A DNA stretch of 64,000 nucleotides, taken from the NCBI GenBank assembly GCA_963799845.1, contig CAWCYI010000006.1, positions 896,001-960,000 on the forward strand, given 5' to 3'. Position 1 is the stretch's first letter. Each line of letters opens with the position of its first letter. Below the pieces are notes generated by a model. It was not told where the DNA came from. It was given only the letters and a program-made list of their open reading frames with translations, and made no database searches. Positions 31,660 to 42,499 of this stretch are shown here, piece after piece. The translations under genes were made by a program, and so were the position numbers. This stretch comes from an uncultured Nitrososphaerota archaeon. Its GTDB lineage: Archaea > Thermoproteota > Nitrososphaeria > Nitrososphaerales > CADDZS01.

Positions 31660-32889
31660 ATGACGAGAGTCGGAATAGACGCACATAAGAAGAGCTGCAC
31701 CACGCAGGTCTTCGCGGACGGAGAAGAGTCACCCATACAATCCTTCGTCTTCAAGACGAGCAGGGCAGGAGTCTCTGAGATGCTAGCAAAGATTCCGGAC
31801 AAATCTGTATTTGTCATCGAATCTAGCACAACTGGAAAGGCGGTCACGAGAATGATTTCTTCTTTCGCATCAAACCAGCACGTGATTCACATGGTTGCGC
31901 CACCAGAGAAGAAAGCATCTGTGAAAACCGATAAGAGAGACTGCGAGCGTATCGTCAAGGAGGATGCACTGGGCTACTTGAGAAGGTGCTACGTTCCCTC
32001 ACAGTACATAGAAGACATGCGCTTTCTTGTGACCCAACAGATAGAGATTGGCGCAAAGATATCGAGAGTAAAGAACCAGATCCAAGCTCTACTGGAGAGA
32101 AACATGGTCCAGAGCGAGTTCTCAGAATTCTCTGACGTGTTCAGTAACGGAGGTCTTCAAAAGCTCGGAGAGATAGAGCTTCCAAAGCAAGACAGGCTGG
32201 CTCTCGCATTGCATCTTTCGGAGCTCAAGTTCTATGCAACCCAGCATACGGAGGTTGAGACCGAGATTGCAAAGATGGCAGCCTCAGACGAAGACTGCCA
32301 GCTTCTGTTCAGTCACCCTGGCATCAATGCTTTCACCGCAGTAGCCATCAAGGCAAGAATAGGAGACGCTTCAAGGTTCCCCACAAAGAAACATCTCTGC
32401 TCGTATGCCGGAGTCGTTCCAGGTGCTGACAACAGTGGAGAGCGTGAGTCCCACCACGAACACGTAAAGCACGGCGACGTCATATTGAAGTACGCTCTAA
32501 CATGCGCAGTGAGTGGAGCCGTGAAAGCCAAGACGGATTCTGCTGTCAAAAGAGTCTACCTGAAGCACATCAAGAGGGGGAAAGCTCCTCAGGAGGCTCA
32601 GGTTGATGCTGCAAGGAAACTCGCCTGCATTGTCTGGAAGATGCTTACATTCAAGCAGAGGTACGTCGAGGAGGACAAGTATCTGACAGCGAAGAAGATG
32701 AGGCAAACATCCTTCAATGCTCAAAGAGTCATCAAAGACGCGATACTACCAGAGAGCGTTCCAGAGCTAGCCAAAAGCCTTTCATCGGACGTTAGCGTAC
32801 TGGAGCAGTACTCAACGAATCTTGATCGCATGCTTGGCCGTCACAATCGGAGAAAAAAGGAAAATAGCAGGCAGACAGGAGTGACTTGA
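31660..32889 (+). CDS. IS110 DEDD recombinase, intact
   Basis: VGIDAHK, VIES, KTDKRD, HPGI, YAGVVPGADNSG, ARKL. Confidence 0.93.
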   Translation: MTRVGIDAHKKSCTTQVFADGEESPIQSFVFKTSRAGVSEMLAKIPDKSVFVIESSTTGKAVTRMISSFASNQHVIHMVAPPEKKASVKTDKRDCERIVKEDALGYLRRCYVPSQYIEDMRFLVTQQIEIGAKISRVKNQIQALLERNMVQSEFSEFSDVFSNGGLQKLGEIELPKQDRLALALHLSELKFYATQHTEVETEIAKMAASDEDCQLLFSHPGINAFTAVAIKARIGDASRFPTKKHLCSYAGVVPGADNSGERESHHEHVKHGDVILKYALTCAVSGAVKAKTDSAVKRVYLKHIKRGKAPQEAQVDAARKLACIVWKMLTFKQRYVEEDKYLTAKKMRQTSFNAQRVIKDAILPESVPELAKSLSSDVSVLEQYSTNLDRMLGRHNRRKKENSRQTGVT

Positions 32890-32967
32890 TGATGTTTAAT
32901 ATTCCTTCTTCAATAGAAGATTTTCACGGGAGCGATTCGGACCCCTCCGGCTAAGAAATCTTTGCAA

Positions 32968-32990
32968 TTTCGCTAGTAAATTCGTGCGGA
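32968..32990 (-). repeat. dispersed repeat copy in minus orientation
   Basis: reverse complement TCCGCACGAATTTACTAGCGAAA. Confidence 0.75.
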
Positions 32991-33328
32991 AATCATCTTG
33001 CACAAGTGTTCTTCATTCCGCCAGGATCGACTTTTGCGGACTAATCAGTATCGAATCCTATCGGGACGTTGCAATTAGAGCAATTTGTATGCGATTTGAA
33101 CGAAAAACGCCTATTTTTACGGTCTCATCATAAATTCGATTCGAACACCACTCAATTCAAACCTCCATCCACCTTGTTTCCTTTCCGCAATAAGGTCCGC
33201 GTTCTGATGAGACTAGGAGCATTTGGTCAAGAATTGAAGTCGTAACGAGCAACAGACTGGTGGTCTGGAAGTGCAGACAACACTCCTAATGTAACCCCTC
33301 AGTTCTGACGCATGGTTTGAAAAAGTAT

Positions 33329-33789
33329 GATGGAAGTTAAGCTGAGATGAAAAAAGGTGGATCCAGGATAATGAGAATCAAAAGTCACCGAAACGCAGGC
33401 AGGCCAGACCGATCAGAGAAATCAGGCAATTAAGAGTACGAGCACCTTCGTGCGCGAGTTGCGAGCTACCGATCCTATCGACGCTTTCAGCGGGTCCGGA
33501 TAGTGGATTGCCAACCAAGGAAGTAATTCAAGAAGTAATCATGAATTGGTTTAGCGATCTATCTGAAGATGATTGTCAAGCGAAATATCCCAGTTCTCGG
33601 AAAAAGATAATTCAGACGATTATCAAATTTTCAAAAAAGAATCTTGCGCTGAAAGATCAGGTCTGCTCAGCGCCCATCGGAACTTGGAGAATTACGCCAA
33701 AGGGGGCGGAGAGAGTGATTAAGGGCATGGGCGAGTGGGTGCCAAGATATTCCTTTCACGATGCTATCATCGAAGAGGTTAAGAAATGA
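33329..33789 (+). pseudogene. Mrr-N-like winged-helix protein, frameshifted; paralogue of 63242
   Basis: ELPILSTL...KEVIQEV...GTWRITPKG. Confidence 0.55.
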
Positions 33790-33840
33790 CGGATGTCCAT
33801 AACTTTCGGGCGTGCGCCAAATACAATACTCTTGGAATAG

Positions 33841-34201
33841 GTGATAGCAGTGCCTCAACCCCACCTGGACCGTTCCGGTTAATTTTAGGGCACAGGATAG
33901 ATCTGTTCTGGACGCAGCCCTGAATATAGCGAAGAACGAAGGTCGCGATGTCACTTCAGTTTTTCGCACCGCCCTGACAGAATTCGTGGGAAGAAAAAAT
34001 CTTCAACACGAGGGTCCAAAAATGGATGAATTCATTCGTGATTCGATGATATCGGAACCAATTTACAGTAAGATGCTAACTCCTAAAGTTCTAGGACTGT
34101 GGTCGGAAAGCGACCTGCTGAGCGCTGCCAAGAAAGTACGCTCGCGAAAATGGGAACTAGACTGCGAACTTCGCTTGCGGGGATTTCACTTTGACTGGTA
34201 G
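33841..34201 (+). pseudogene. RHH-type DNA-binding hypothetical protein, possibly frameshifted
   Basis: TVPVNFRAQDRSVL...DVTSVFRTALTEFV upstream of the 33986 ORF. Confidence 0.45.
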
Positions 34202-34238
34202 CATAAGGGAAAGAGGAAAGCAAGCCGACGTTCTAAGC

Positions 34239-34700
34239 TTAGGCTGGAAATATTTCGATTAATTCCTGCGGAGTCACGACCTTACCCTTTAGCTTGGGGA
34301 TTCTCGCGAAATGGTCTTCGTTTTCGGTCAGCAGAAAGTCGCAACCCTCGGCAAGACAAGAAGCCGCAATTGCGACATCTTGGTATTCGATCGGTAGGCC
34401 CTTGGATATTAGGTATGCGTTGAGCTGACCGACGAGCTTAGCGACCTCACCGTCCAGAAGGACCCAGCTAAATTGACCGAGCACCTTTTCCGCTTTATCG
34501 ACCGCCGTCTTGTAGTCTTTCCTCAGGTAAGCTCCCGTCAAGATCTCCGAAACGCTAACCGTACCTATGAATGCACGATTTGCGCGGGTAAGCCGCTTGC
34601 ATAGATCTATTGTGTTTTGCCTTCCCCTATCGACATCTACTATTATTGAGGTGTCGACGAGAACTGATATTTCCTCTAGTGTTTTCTTTCTGTTGCTCAA
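34239..34700 (-). CDS. vapC: VapC PIN-domain toxin
   Basis: LVDTSIIVD, VSEIL, DVAIAA, LTENEDHF. Confidence 0.9.
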   Translation of the reverse strand: MSNRKKTLEEISVLVDTSIIVDVDRGRQNTIDLCKRLTRANRAFIGTVSVSEILTGAYLRKDYKTAVDKAEKVLGQFSWVLLDGEVAKLVGQLNAYLISKGLPIEYQDVAIAASCLAEGCDFLLTENEDHFARIPKLKGKVVTPQELIEIFPA

Positions 34701-34703
34701 AAA

Positions 34704-34955
34704 TCAAGGAACCAGCCCGAGACGCTTGAATCTGTCTCTAGAGTCGGCGCGGAGCGATTTCATCAACTTTTCAAAATCTTCAGGCAAAAAGTCAGTGCAG
34801 TCTTTCCATACGTCCTCGCTCGATTTCTCGACTAGAATCTTGTTACCTTCCACGATCATCATCCTCACGGTGTCTCCCTCTCTTATTCCCGCAGCTTCTC
34901 GTATCTTCTTGGGTATGGTAACCTGAGAGTGCCTCGTAACTGTAGCAGATGCCAT
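34704..34955 (-). CDS. AbrB/MazE-type antitoxin
   Basis: QVTIPKKIREAAGIREGD. Confidence 0.9.
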   Translation of the reverse strand: MASATVTRHSQVTIPKKIREAAGIREGDTVRMMIVEGNKILVEKSSEDVWKDCTDFLPEDFEKLMKSLRADSRDRFKRLGLVP

Positions 34956-35504
34956 CGGTTTTCTTCGTCACCAGAATTACTACACAGATATACTACTTAA
35001 TAATTACTATATTTCTGTAGTAAATCTCTTCTTTGCATTCGTGGGCTAGGAAGTTGAGGTTCCTATCAATTATCGTTGTTATCTTACTCTCCAGACTACC
35101 GACACTGCATTTGTTGATAACTTAGCGGGGTCTTCAAGGAAAGAGGACATATCGGTGGGAGGTAGATCGGGGCGCAGCATCGAGTCCCATTCGGAGTTTC
35201 AGCGTATTTTCATAGATCTCTTGAAGGGTTGGATTGGTGCTTTCACCGCAACGATCACAAGTAAAGGTGAAGCTATCCGAATTGAACAGAGCTTGAATGT
35301 AACTCTCCATCTCTAATTGAAGTACAGCGGATCCGACAGTCTTGAAACTCTTTTTCGTGGAGGAGGAATACCAAGTCTAGCGCTGGCCCTTCGTCTGGCC
35401 GCGGTTGCGCTGCATCTTTCTGAACAGTACTTCCTTCTAGCCGGGAGTCCTTCCATATCCTCCATAGGCGTGCCGCAGAATTCACGGTCCTGCTGAACCA
35501 CTAC

Positions 35505-36044
35505 TTGTTTTGTCTTTCTTTGAGGCATGATCTGAAGGCAATGAAGTATTATCTTGCTGCGATACATATGATTCAGAGTGCAAACTCGCAAGCCATAACG
35601 ATTTTTTTATTGAAAACGGCAATGCGGTTACACGCGCGGTTGCGAAACGACAGAATTTTTTCTTTAAGAAGTGCTTACAATCTGTCGGTGTTTTTCAACG
35701 CTTTCTATTACACATATCAGTTGCAGCCGGGTAATGCGATAGCGATTCTTCAAACATTAGTAGATACTAATGGAATTATGTTAGGATTTTCTGCCGTTGC
35801 ATTCACAACTCTCTTACCGACAGGGGCGATAAAGAAGCATTGGGGCAATATTCTTGGGGCGATAGCCTATACTATCACATTATACCTATTTTCAATATTC
35901 ATATGCTTCTTGACAATGGTCAGACTACCAAATATTACAGAAGACATTCTTAGTCGATCTTTCGCCGTATCATTAATTCTCATGACACTTGCAACGACTA
36001 TGAAATATTTAGGTCCTCGCTTGCGTTTACTATTTCTTCGATAG
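35505..36044 (+). CDS. membrane hypothetical protein (start uncertain)
   Basis: three TM segments in the C-terminal part. Confidence 0.4.
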   Translation: MFCLSLRHDLKAMKYYLAAIHMIQSANSQAITIFLLKTAMRLHARLRNDRIFSLRSAYNLSVFFNAFYYTYQLQPGNAIAILQTLVDTNGIMLGFSAVAFTTLLPTGAIKKHWGNILGAIAYTITLYLFSIFICFLTMVRLPNITEDILSRSFAVSLILMTLATTMKYLGPRLRLLFLR

Positions 36045-36048
36045 TTGC

Positions 36049-36522
36049 TTAGGTCACATTAAAGATGATGATATTAGAAACTGCTTGATTTCCAGCCGTG
36101 TTTGCAGAAGCAAAAAAAGTAAAGTTGCCGGCCCTAACCAGTTCCTTCCGATCAGTAAAGGTCCACGTCCCTTGGGCGGTCGTGGTAACTTTGTGGACAT
36201 TCTCGATATGGCCCTTCCTGTTAATATCGGTGACAAGTACGTAGATCAGCACTTTGGAAGCAGGTTTTCCATTGCTCAAGGTGGCTGTACCGGAAACGGT
36301 AGCTATGCACGTGAAAGTGCAGGTAAGAGTGTGAGGCGAATAATTAGTAATCTTAGTCGATGAAACACTTGTAGCACTGAGAGAGCTTGGTACAGATGAG
36401 CTAGTTTGTGCAAAAACCGATGGAGTCCAAAAAGCCATCAAAAGCAAACTTACGGCGATAAATGTAAACAGGATTGACACTCCATTGTTTTTCGATTCGA
36501 AATCAATTAACGTCATACTCAC
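36049..36522 (-). CDS. secreted Ig-like protein
   Basis: signal peptide, VSGTATLSNGKP...TTTAQGTWTF. Confidence 0.6.
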   Translation of the reverse strand: MSMTLIDFESKNNGVSILFTFIAVSLLLMAFWTPSVFAQTSSSVPSSLSATSVSSTKITNYSPHTLTCTFTCIATVSGTATLSNGKPASKVLIYVLVTDINRKGHIENVHKVTTTAQGTWTFTDRKELVRAGNFTFFASANTAGNQAVSNIIIFNVT

Positions 36523-36875
36523 AAAACAGTAACTATGAAAAATAAGGATGTTGTGGAGGGATGATCAGAATTGAAGACATGCACGGATGAAACTTTAGTT
36601 CTTGAATTGATTACACTCCTTGAACTATCGTCTGAGCTGCAATGGGGTCGATCCACTTAAAGTCCGCGGTGATACAAAAGTTCAGGTTGGCTCGAGGCTT
36701 TACAATGTTCTTTGCCGTGGGCGCGATTGGCACTGCACATAGCACCTCAGAAGAATGGCGACACTTTAGCTTTGCTCAGTTCGTAATTTTTGTCAGATCC
36801 AAAGAAGACAAACTGGCTCTTCGCCTTCAAGAGCGGACCTGTTCATCCAAAGATACGATTAAACATTTAACTAGA

Positions 36876-37349
36876 CTACGCAGAACGTCTTAGAAATAAA
36901 CCTATTAGGGCAACCACGGTAATTCTTGCATAAATACTCCCCGCCATGAGAAAACTAGACACCGGAATCTGCATGATACCGAATTGCGCGGTCCACGTCG
37001 TGACGTTTCCCGCGAAGCCCAGATTGAACGTATACATCCACCTATAGTTCAATTGGGTGGCCCCAAAACTATACCAAGAGAGACCTAGACCCAAATCGTT
37101 GCACAGTGTCACAAAGAGACCAAAACCCAGCACGATGAGAATGCGCTTGTAACGGGTTCTTATCTGGTGTCGGGTCGCCCAAATACTTAGAGGTAAAAAG
37201 GGCAAACCACAAAGCGCAACAAAGAAAAAGGAATACCATCCGTTGGGTGCCCAATTCCGGATTAGATACTGATTCAGATCAATGTAGTTTATCAAGGCAA
37301 GGCCGTAGAGAACGGCAAAGATACTCACCGCTAACAGTCTCTTGTTCAT
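36876..37349 (-). CDS. membrane protein
   Basis: four hydrophobic segments. Confidence 0.6.
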   Translation of the reverse strand: MNKRLLAVSIFAVLYGLALINYIDLNQYLIRNWAPNGWYSFFFVALCGLPFLPLSIWATRHQIRTRYKRILIVLGFGLFVTLCNDLGLGLSWYSFGATQLNYRWMYTFNLGFAGNVTTWTAQFGIMQIPVSSFLMAGSIYARITVVALIGLFLRRSA

Positions 37350-37563
37350 ATTTCCTTCGTCTAGGACTGGGGATTCGTTCCTTGTTGTCCTATCCGACGA
37401 ATATTGACTTTAAGCGCAGTGAATTTCGGATATAGAGCCGGGCGGTGTTTCTTGCTAGTTGCACTATCCAATACGTTCCGAGTGATTGCGTCCCACCCCT
37501 GTAGGACACAGACGATTTCACCGAAAATCCATCCAAATAGCTTATTCCTTCATGTTGATCCCA

Positions 37564-38831
37564 TGGTGAGGACCCACGCACATTAGACACACCCCAATAT
37601 GGAGAACCTTTTACTGCAAGCAGTGGAGGTCCAAGATAGAAGCATGCCAAGAAACTCGAGGTGGAGTCCTGATGACAAGATCAGGATAGTCCTTGAATCT
37701 TTGAACACCAACATCTCCATGTCCGAGCTCTGCAGGAAGTACAACCTCACTCCAGGGACATTCTACCAGTGGAGGGAGAAATTCATTCACGGTGGAAAGC
37801 TTGCCCTCACTGGAGGTCTGAAGGATCCGGGGAAGGAGAAGGAGGCAGAGGTGGAGCGATTGAAGAAGCTCATTGGAGAACTAACAATCGCAAACGACGC
37901 AATGAAGCAGGTACTGCAGGGATCGGGGAAAAAATGAGCGTCGCAATAATGGTTAACAAAGGATTGAGCTTGAGGAAAGCTCTCCGGTCCGTTGGGTCTT
38001 CGCAGGGAGCGTATTACTACAAGCGTCACACAAGGCAGGATAAAGGAGCTCTCCGCGATCCGTCCATCATCTCGACAGTCAGGGACATTGCTCTAAAGAA
38101 GCCTATGTACGGAACTAGGATGATGGCAGCTCTTCTATCAAAAGAACTTCGAAGACCCATCAATAGAAAGCAAGTGCAGCACGCCTACCGCATGATGGGC
38201 TGGATCACACCTCGATTGACGAGGAATGAGGTACTGAAATCTGTCTCGGATAAGATCCCGAAACCCAATGGAATAAATCAGTCATGGCAGACCGATCTCA
38301 CATACATCCGCTGCGGAATAGATGGCTTTGGATATCTCTTCAACGTCATCGACGTGTTTTCAAGAGAATGGCTTGCGTATGTCTTTGATGGTTTTGCACG
38401 TAAGGAGAATGCAGTACAGGCTGTCGTAAAAGCTCTCGAGAAGCATCCCGAAGCTTCTGGAAAAGTGACTCTCTACAGCGACAACGGATCCCAGTACATC
38501 AGCGAGACATTCAAGCAGTCGATGAAAGCTTTAGGCATTAAGCAAAGATACATCGCCTACAACACTCCCGAGCAGAATGGATCAATTGAATCGTTCCACG
38601 GACGATTCAAGCGTGAATATGTTTGGCCGTACGATTTTAGATCCTTCCAGGAAGCTGATTCACACATAGCAGAAGCCTTCATAGATTACAACGAGAGGAG
38701 ACCTCACTCGGCACTCGGTTACATGAGTCCGTACGAATTCGTCTCCCAGATAGTAGTGAAATAGAAGATGACACAAAATAATATGCAGTCAAACGAGTCA
38801 AAAGTGTGTCTAAAAGATGGGGTCCAGATCA
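37564..38831 (+). mobile_element. IS3-family element
   Basis: TG...CA ends sharing GGACCC..TTAGACACAC; 4-bp TSD CCCA; orfA 37644-37937 (HTH) and orfB 37934-38764 (WQTD, SDNG, IESF). Confidence 0.93.
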
Positions 38832-39129
38832 CCCAAAAGCTATATCATAGTCCGATCCGAGTACGAAATGATCGTTGTTGTTTGTTATTCAGTGAAAGAT
38901 CTCTTCGTTAAAAAATAAAAAAGGAATAATAGCTAATTCATAAAGGAATAAATAGGCCGGTACGACCGGAACGAACCTACGGATCGAAGAAATTGCGAAG
39001 TATCTATAGTTTTTCCGCGAGATCGGGAAGATAGTAAAATAAAACTGTGAGATTGTACATTTTCAAATATGGGTTTCATATGGATTGGTGAGACAGTCAT
39101 ATGGTTGTGAGATTTCAGGATGAGACCTT

Positions 39130-39399
39130 ATGCTAGAAAGCATTTGGTTGGTTATAGATCTTATTTTTTATCTCTTCTTGCTTGCTTTTGTAGTTCTGAT
39201 AATTAGCTATCTTTCTAGTCCTGGATTGAATCTGGCTTGCAAGATTAGTCATAAGAAAAAGGATTTCTTTTTGGGGAATTCAATAAATGGAATGACGTTT
39301 TCGTGTGATGATTATGAAACAGTTTGCGAGAGATGCTTTGCCAGATTTGGGTTCAAGAGTATTTGTTATCCTCTCTCGGATGATTTGTTGAATAAATAG
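39130..39399 (+). CDS. small AT-rich membrane-anchored hypothetical protein
   Basis: N-terminal TM, Cys/His-rich tail. Confidence 0.45.
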   Translation: MLESIWLVIDLIFYLFLLAFVVLIISYLSSPGLNLACKISHKKKDFFLGNSINGMTFSCDDYETVCERCFARFGFKSICYPLSDDLLNK

Positions 39400-39912
39400 T
39401 GAAGCTTCTGTCATCAATGTGATGTCTTAACAAAGTGAAAAGAAAATGAAACGAATAAGAAGTTCTACCAGTCGGCAATTCGGTCTTTATTTGTGCAGAG
39501 CTTCTTATTTTACCGGAATCCTAGACTGCGAACAGACTTCTCTTGGAGAATGTCAAAACGTATCAGTCACAGCAGAGTGATTTCGTTTGGTGAATATGGA
39601 TGATAGTAGATGAGTGATGAGGAAAGGTCAACCCTCAAAAGGCCTTTTCGAGAGCGAAGAGGGATATATAGAATCTCGAATTTTCTAACGTGCCAGTAAA
39701 CGCATCGCAATTCGCCACCGCAAGACCGCTATTGGATTGACCAACGATCCCGTTCCGTCCGAAGCTTGATCAGTGCATTCCATTGGTGCCTGAAGGATAG
39801 GAGTTTCTGTGTTAGCACTACAAAACTCAGAAGCTTCACGTGCTTTTGGAGCTCTCAGGTGGGCTAAGGGATTTAACTCTCCCCCGCTGCCAGTTTGATG
39901 GAGCAGTCCTAG

Positions 39913-41873
39913 ATGTCAGAGAATTCGACCCGAAAACTGGCTGCTATAATGTTCACTGACATCGTCGGATATCGTACTCTAACCCAATCGGACGAATCTT
40001 TAGCATTACAAGTACTCGAAAGGCATCACCGACTTCTAAGACCATTCTTCGTAAGATACACCGGAAAAGAGATCAATACTATGGGCGACTCTTTCCTCGT
40101 TGAGTTTGAAAGCGCACTGGATGCCACAAATTGCGCCGTAAAGATTCAGGAATACCTTCACGACTATAATTTATCCTCTCATGAGGATTGGAAGATACAG
40201 TTGAGAATCGGAATACACCTTGGTGATGTAGTACATCGAGATGACGATACCCTCGGAGATGCCGTTAATATTGCTTCAAGAATTCAGCCGCTAGCAGAAC
40301 CAGAAGGAGTCTGTATCTCGGAACAGGTCTACTATCAAGTTAGAAACAAGACCGGTTATACTTTCGAAAAATTAGAGCAGCCTCAGCTGAAGAATATCAA
40401 ATTTTCTCCAGCATCTTCAAGGTCGTCATGCCTTGGCAGATTAAGGAAGTGAACAAATCAACTTTAACAAATAATGCATCTGTTCTGGATAAGAGAAGAA
40501 TTGCGGTACTTCCATTTTCAAACATAAGCCCTGATCCCAAAGACGAATACTTTGCAGACGGGATGACTGAGGAATTGATTTCGACGTTATCTAGAATTCG
40601 AGGGATGAAAGTCATCTCCCGCACTTCGGTATTGAGGTACAAGCAGACTAACAAGAGTCTTTCGGAAATCGCCAGGGAACTGAACGTTGGTGCAATACTG
40701 GAAGGGAGTGTGAGGAAGGCGGCAGACGATCTGCGGATTACGGCGCAGTTAATAGACGTGGTAAATGACGAGCATCTGTGGTCTCGAGATTACGATAGGA
40801 AATTCGAGAATGTATTTTCATTGCAGAAAGAGATCGCTCAAAAGGTCGCTGATTCTCTTCAGATCACTATACTAGCAAATGAAAGCAAAGAATTAGGAAA
40901 GAAACCGGCTCAGAACTTGGAAGCTTATACACTGTATCTGAAGGGTCGATCTTACAGGCACCGAGTGACACTTGATTCATTCAAGAAAACAATAGATTAT
41001 TGCGAGCAGGCTATTCGAAAGGATCCAAATTATGCGCAAGCTTACGCCGAGATCGCCAGATCTTACGCTTACCTTGGTACTCATGAGTTGCTTCCTTCGA
41101 ATGAAGCTTATCCACAGGCCGAGAGGTTTGCTGAAAGGGCAATCCAATTGGATCCTTCCGTTCCTGAATCCCATCTCGCACTCGGCCAGGTTCTGCTTGT
41201 TGATAAATGGAATTTCGGAGCTGCCGAAATAGAAATCAGACGAGCCCTTGAACTTAGTCCCAATCTAGTGGAAGGTCATTTATCACTCGCCGATTTGCTC
41301 GTGTTAGTAAGAAGATTCGATGAATCGGTTTTGGAATGCAAAAGTGCTCTCGAACTGGATCCATTGTCGGCTTATACTTGCACATTGGCAGGTACGTCGC
41401 TTTGTTATTCTCATCGAGTAGACGATGCAATAGAACAGCTCAGAAATGCCATTGAACTAGATCCAAATTCAGCTTGGGCGCATAACAATCTGGGCATTGC
41501 ATATGCCATGAAAGGAATCTTTGAGAAAGGGATTTCTGAAATCAAAAAAGCCCTAGAAATTTCTGGCGGGAATAATATGATGCAAAGGAGTGATCTCGCC
41601 TTCGTGTATGCTAGAGAAGGAAAAATGGATGAAGTGAGAAACATTCTTTCCGACTTGCTTAGAATGAGGGAACAAGGCCAGAGTTCACAAACAGAAATTG
41701 CAGCAGTTTATGCGAGTTTGGGTGAAAAGGACAAGGCGGTAGAGGCGCTAGAGATTGCTTACGAGCAGCATGCGGGTTATATTGTAGCGATCAACAGCGA
41801 TTTTGCTTTCGACGCACTTCGGGCAGATCCCAGGTTCCAGGCTTTGTTGAAGAAAATTGGTTTCCGAAATTGA
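39913..41873 (+). pseudogene. adenylate/guanylate cyclase-TolB-TPR protein, frameshifted near 40405; paralogue of 9131-11143
   Basis: AIMFTDIVG, RIGIHLGDV; second frame IAVLPF...DGMTEELI plus TPRs. Confidence 0.9.
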
Positions 41874-41972
41874 TAAAGTTATGAGTCGAAACCTTGCAAA
41901 CTTTTCAACCTGAAGCGTTTGCTACTTACCCAGTCAGATATATTACAAACTGCAATCTTATCTTTGACGCAG

Positions 41973-42296
41973 ATGAAGACGCTTCCAGATTCTGTCAAGA
42001 AGCTTATCGAGGCAAAGACTTTCGCAAACGTTGCCACATTGATGGCAGATGGCTCTCCTCACGTCACGCCGACGTGGGTCGATCACGACGGGGATATTGT
42101 CCTAATCAATACTTTTGAAGGTAGCCAACAATACACAAACGCTATCAAGGATGCCAGGATCGCGCTCGATATCTTCGACACAACGAATCCCTACGACAGG
42201 GCAGTAATCCGTGGGCGTGTCAGGGATGTGACCTTCGATGGAGCAGAGGAGCACTTGGACGGAATGGCAAAGAAATACCTCGGGCTGGACAAATAC
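41973..42296 (+). pseudogene. PPOX-class F420-dependent oxidoreductase truncated at a repeat
   Basis: ATLMADGSPHVTPTWVD...AKKYLGLDKY, then CCAATTTACTAGTAAAA. Confidence 0.8.
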
Positions 42297-42312
42297 CAAT
42301 TTACTAGTAAAA
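42296..42312 (+). repeat. repeat core only
   Basis: CCAATTTACTAGTAAAA. Confidence 0.8.
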
Positions 42313-42499
42313 TGATGTCTTGTTCGACCACATTACGGACACGCCTATTGACAATATTTCTGACTTTTTTGGTCCTTTCTTACTCAACGGTATCGCAGCA
42401 GCATAATGATGCCTCCATCTTAAATAATTCGTAGTTGTGTGTCGTTCCGATCAAAAGTTGTCGACGGAAGGACAGTCAACTAAAAATTTTAAGACCCCA

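Larger units (their letters stand above)
31406..32932 (+). mobile_element. IS110-family element (IS110-B), copy 1
   Basis: AG core at both ends; sub-terminal IR TGAAAATCTT (31414)/AAGATTTTCA (32917); right end confirmed by the second copy at 63640. Confidence 0.9.
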
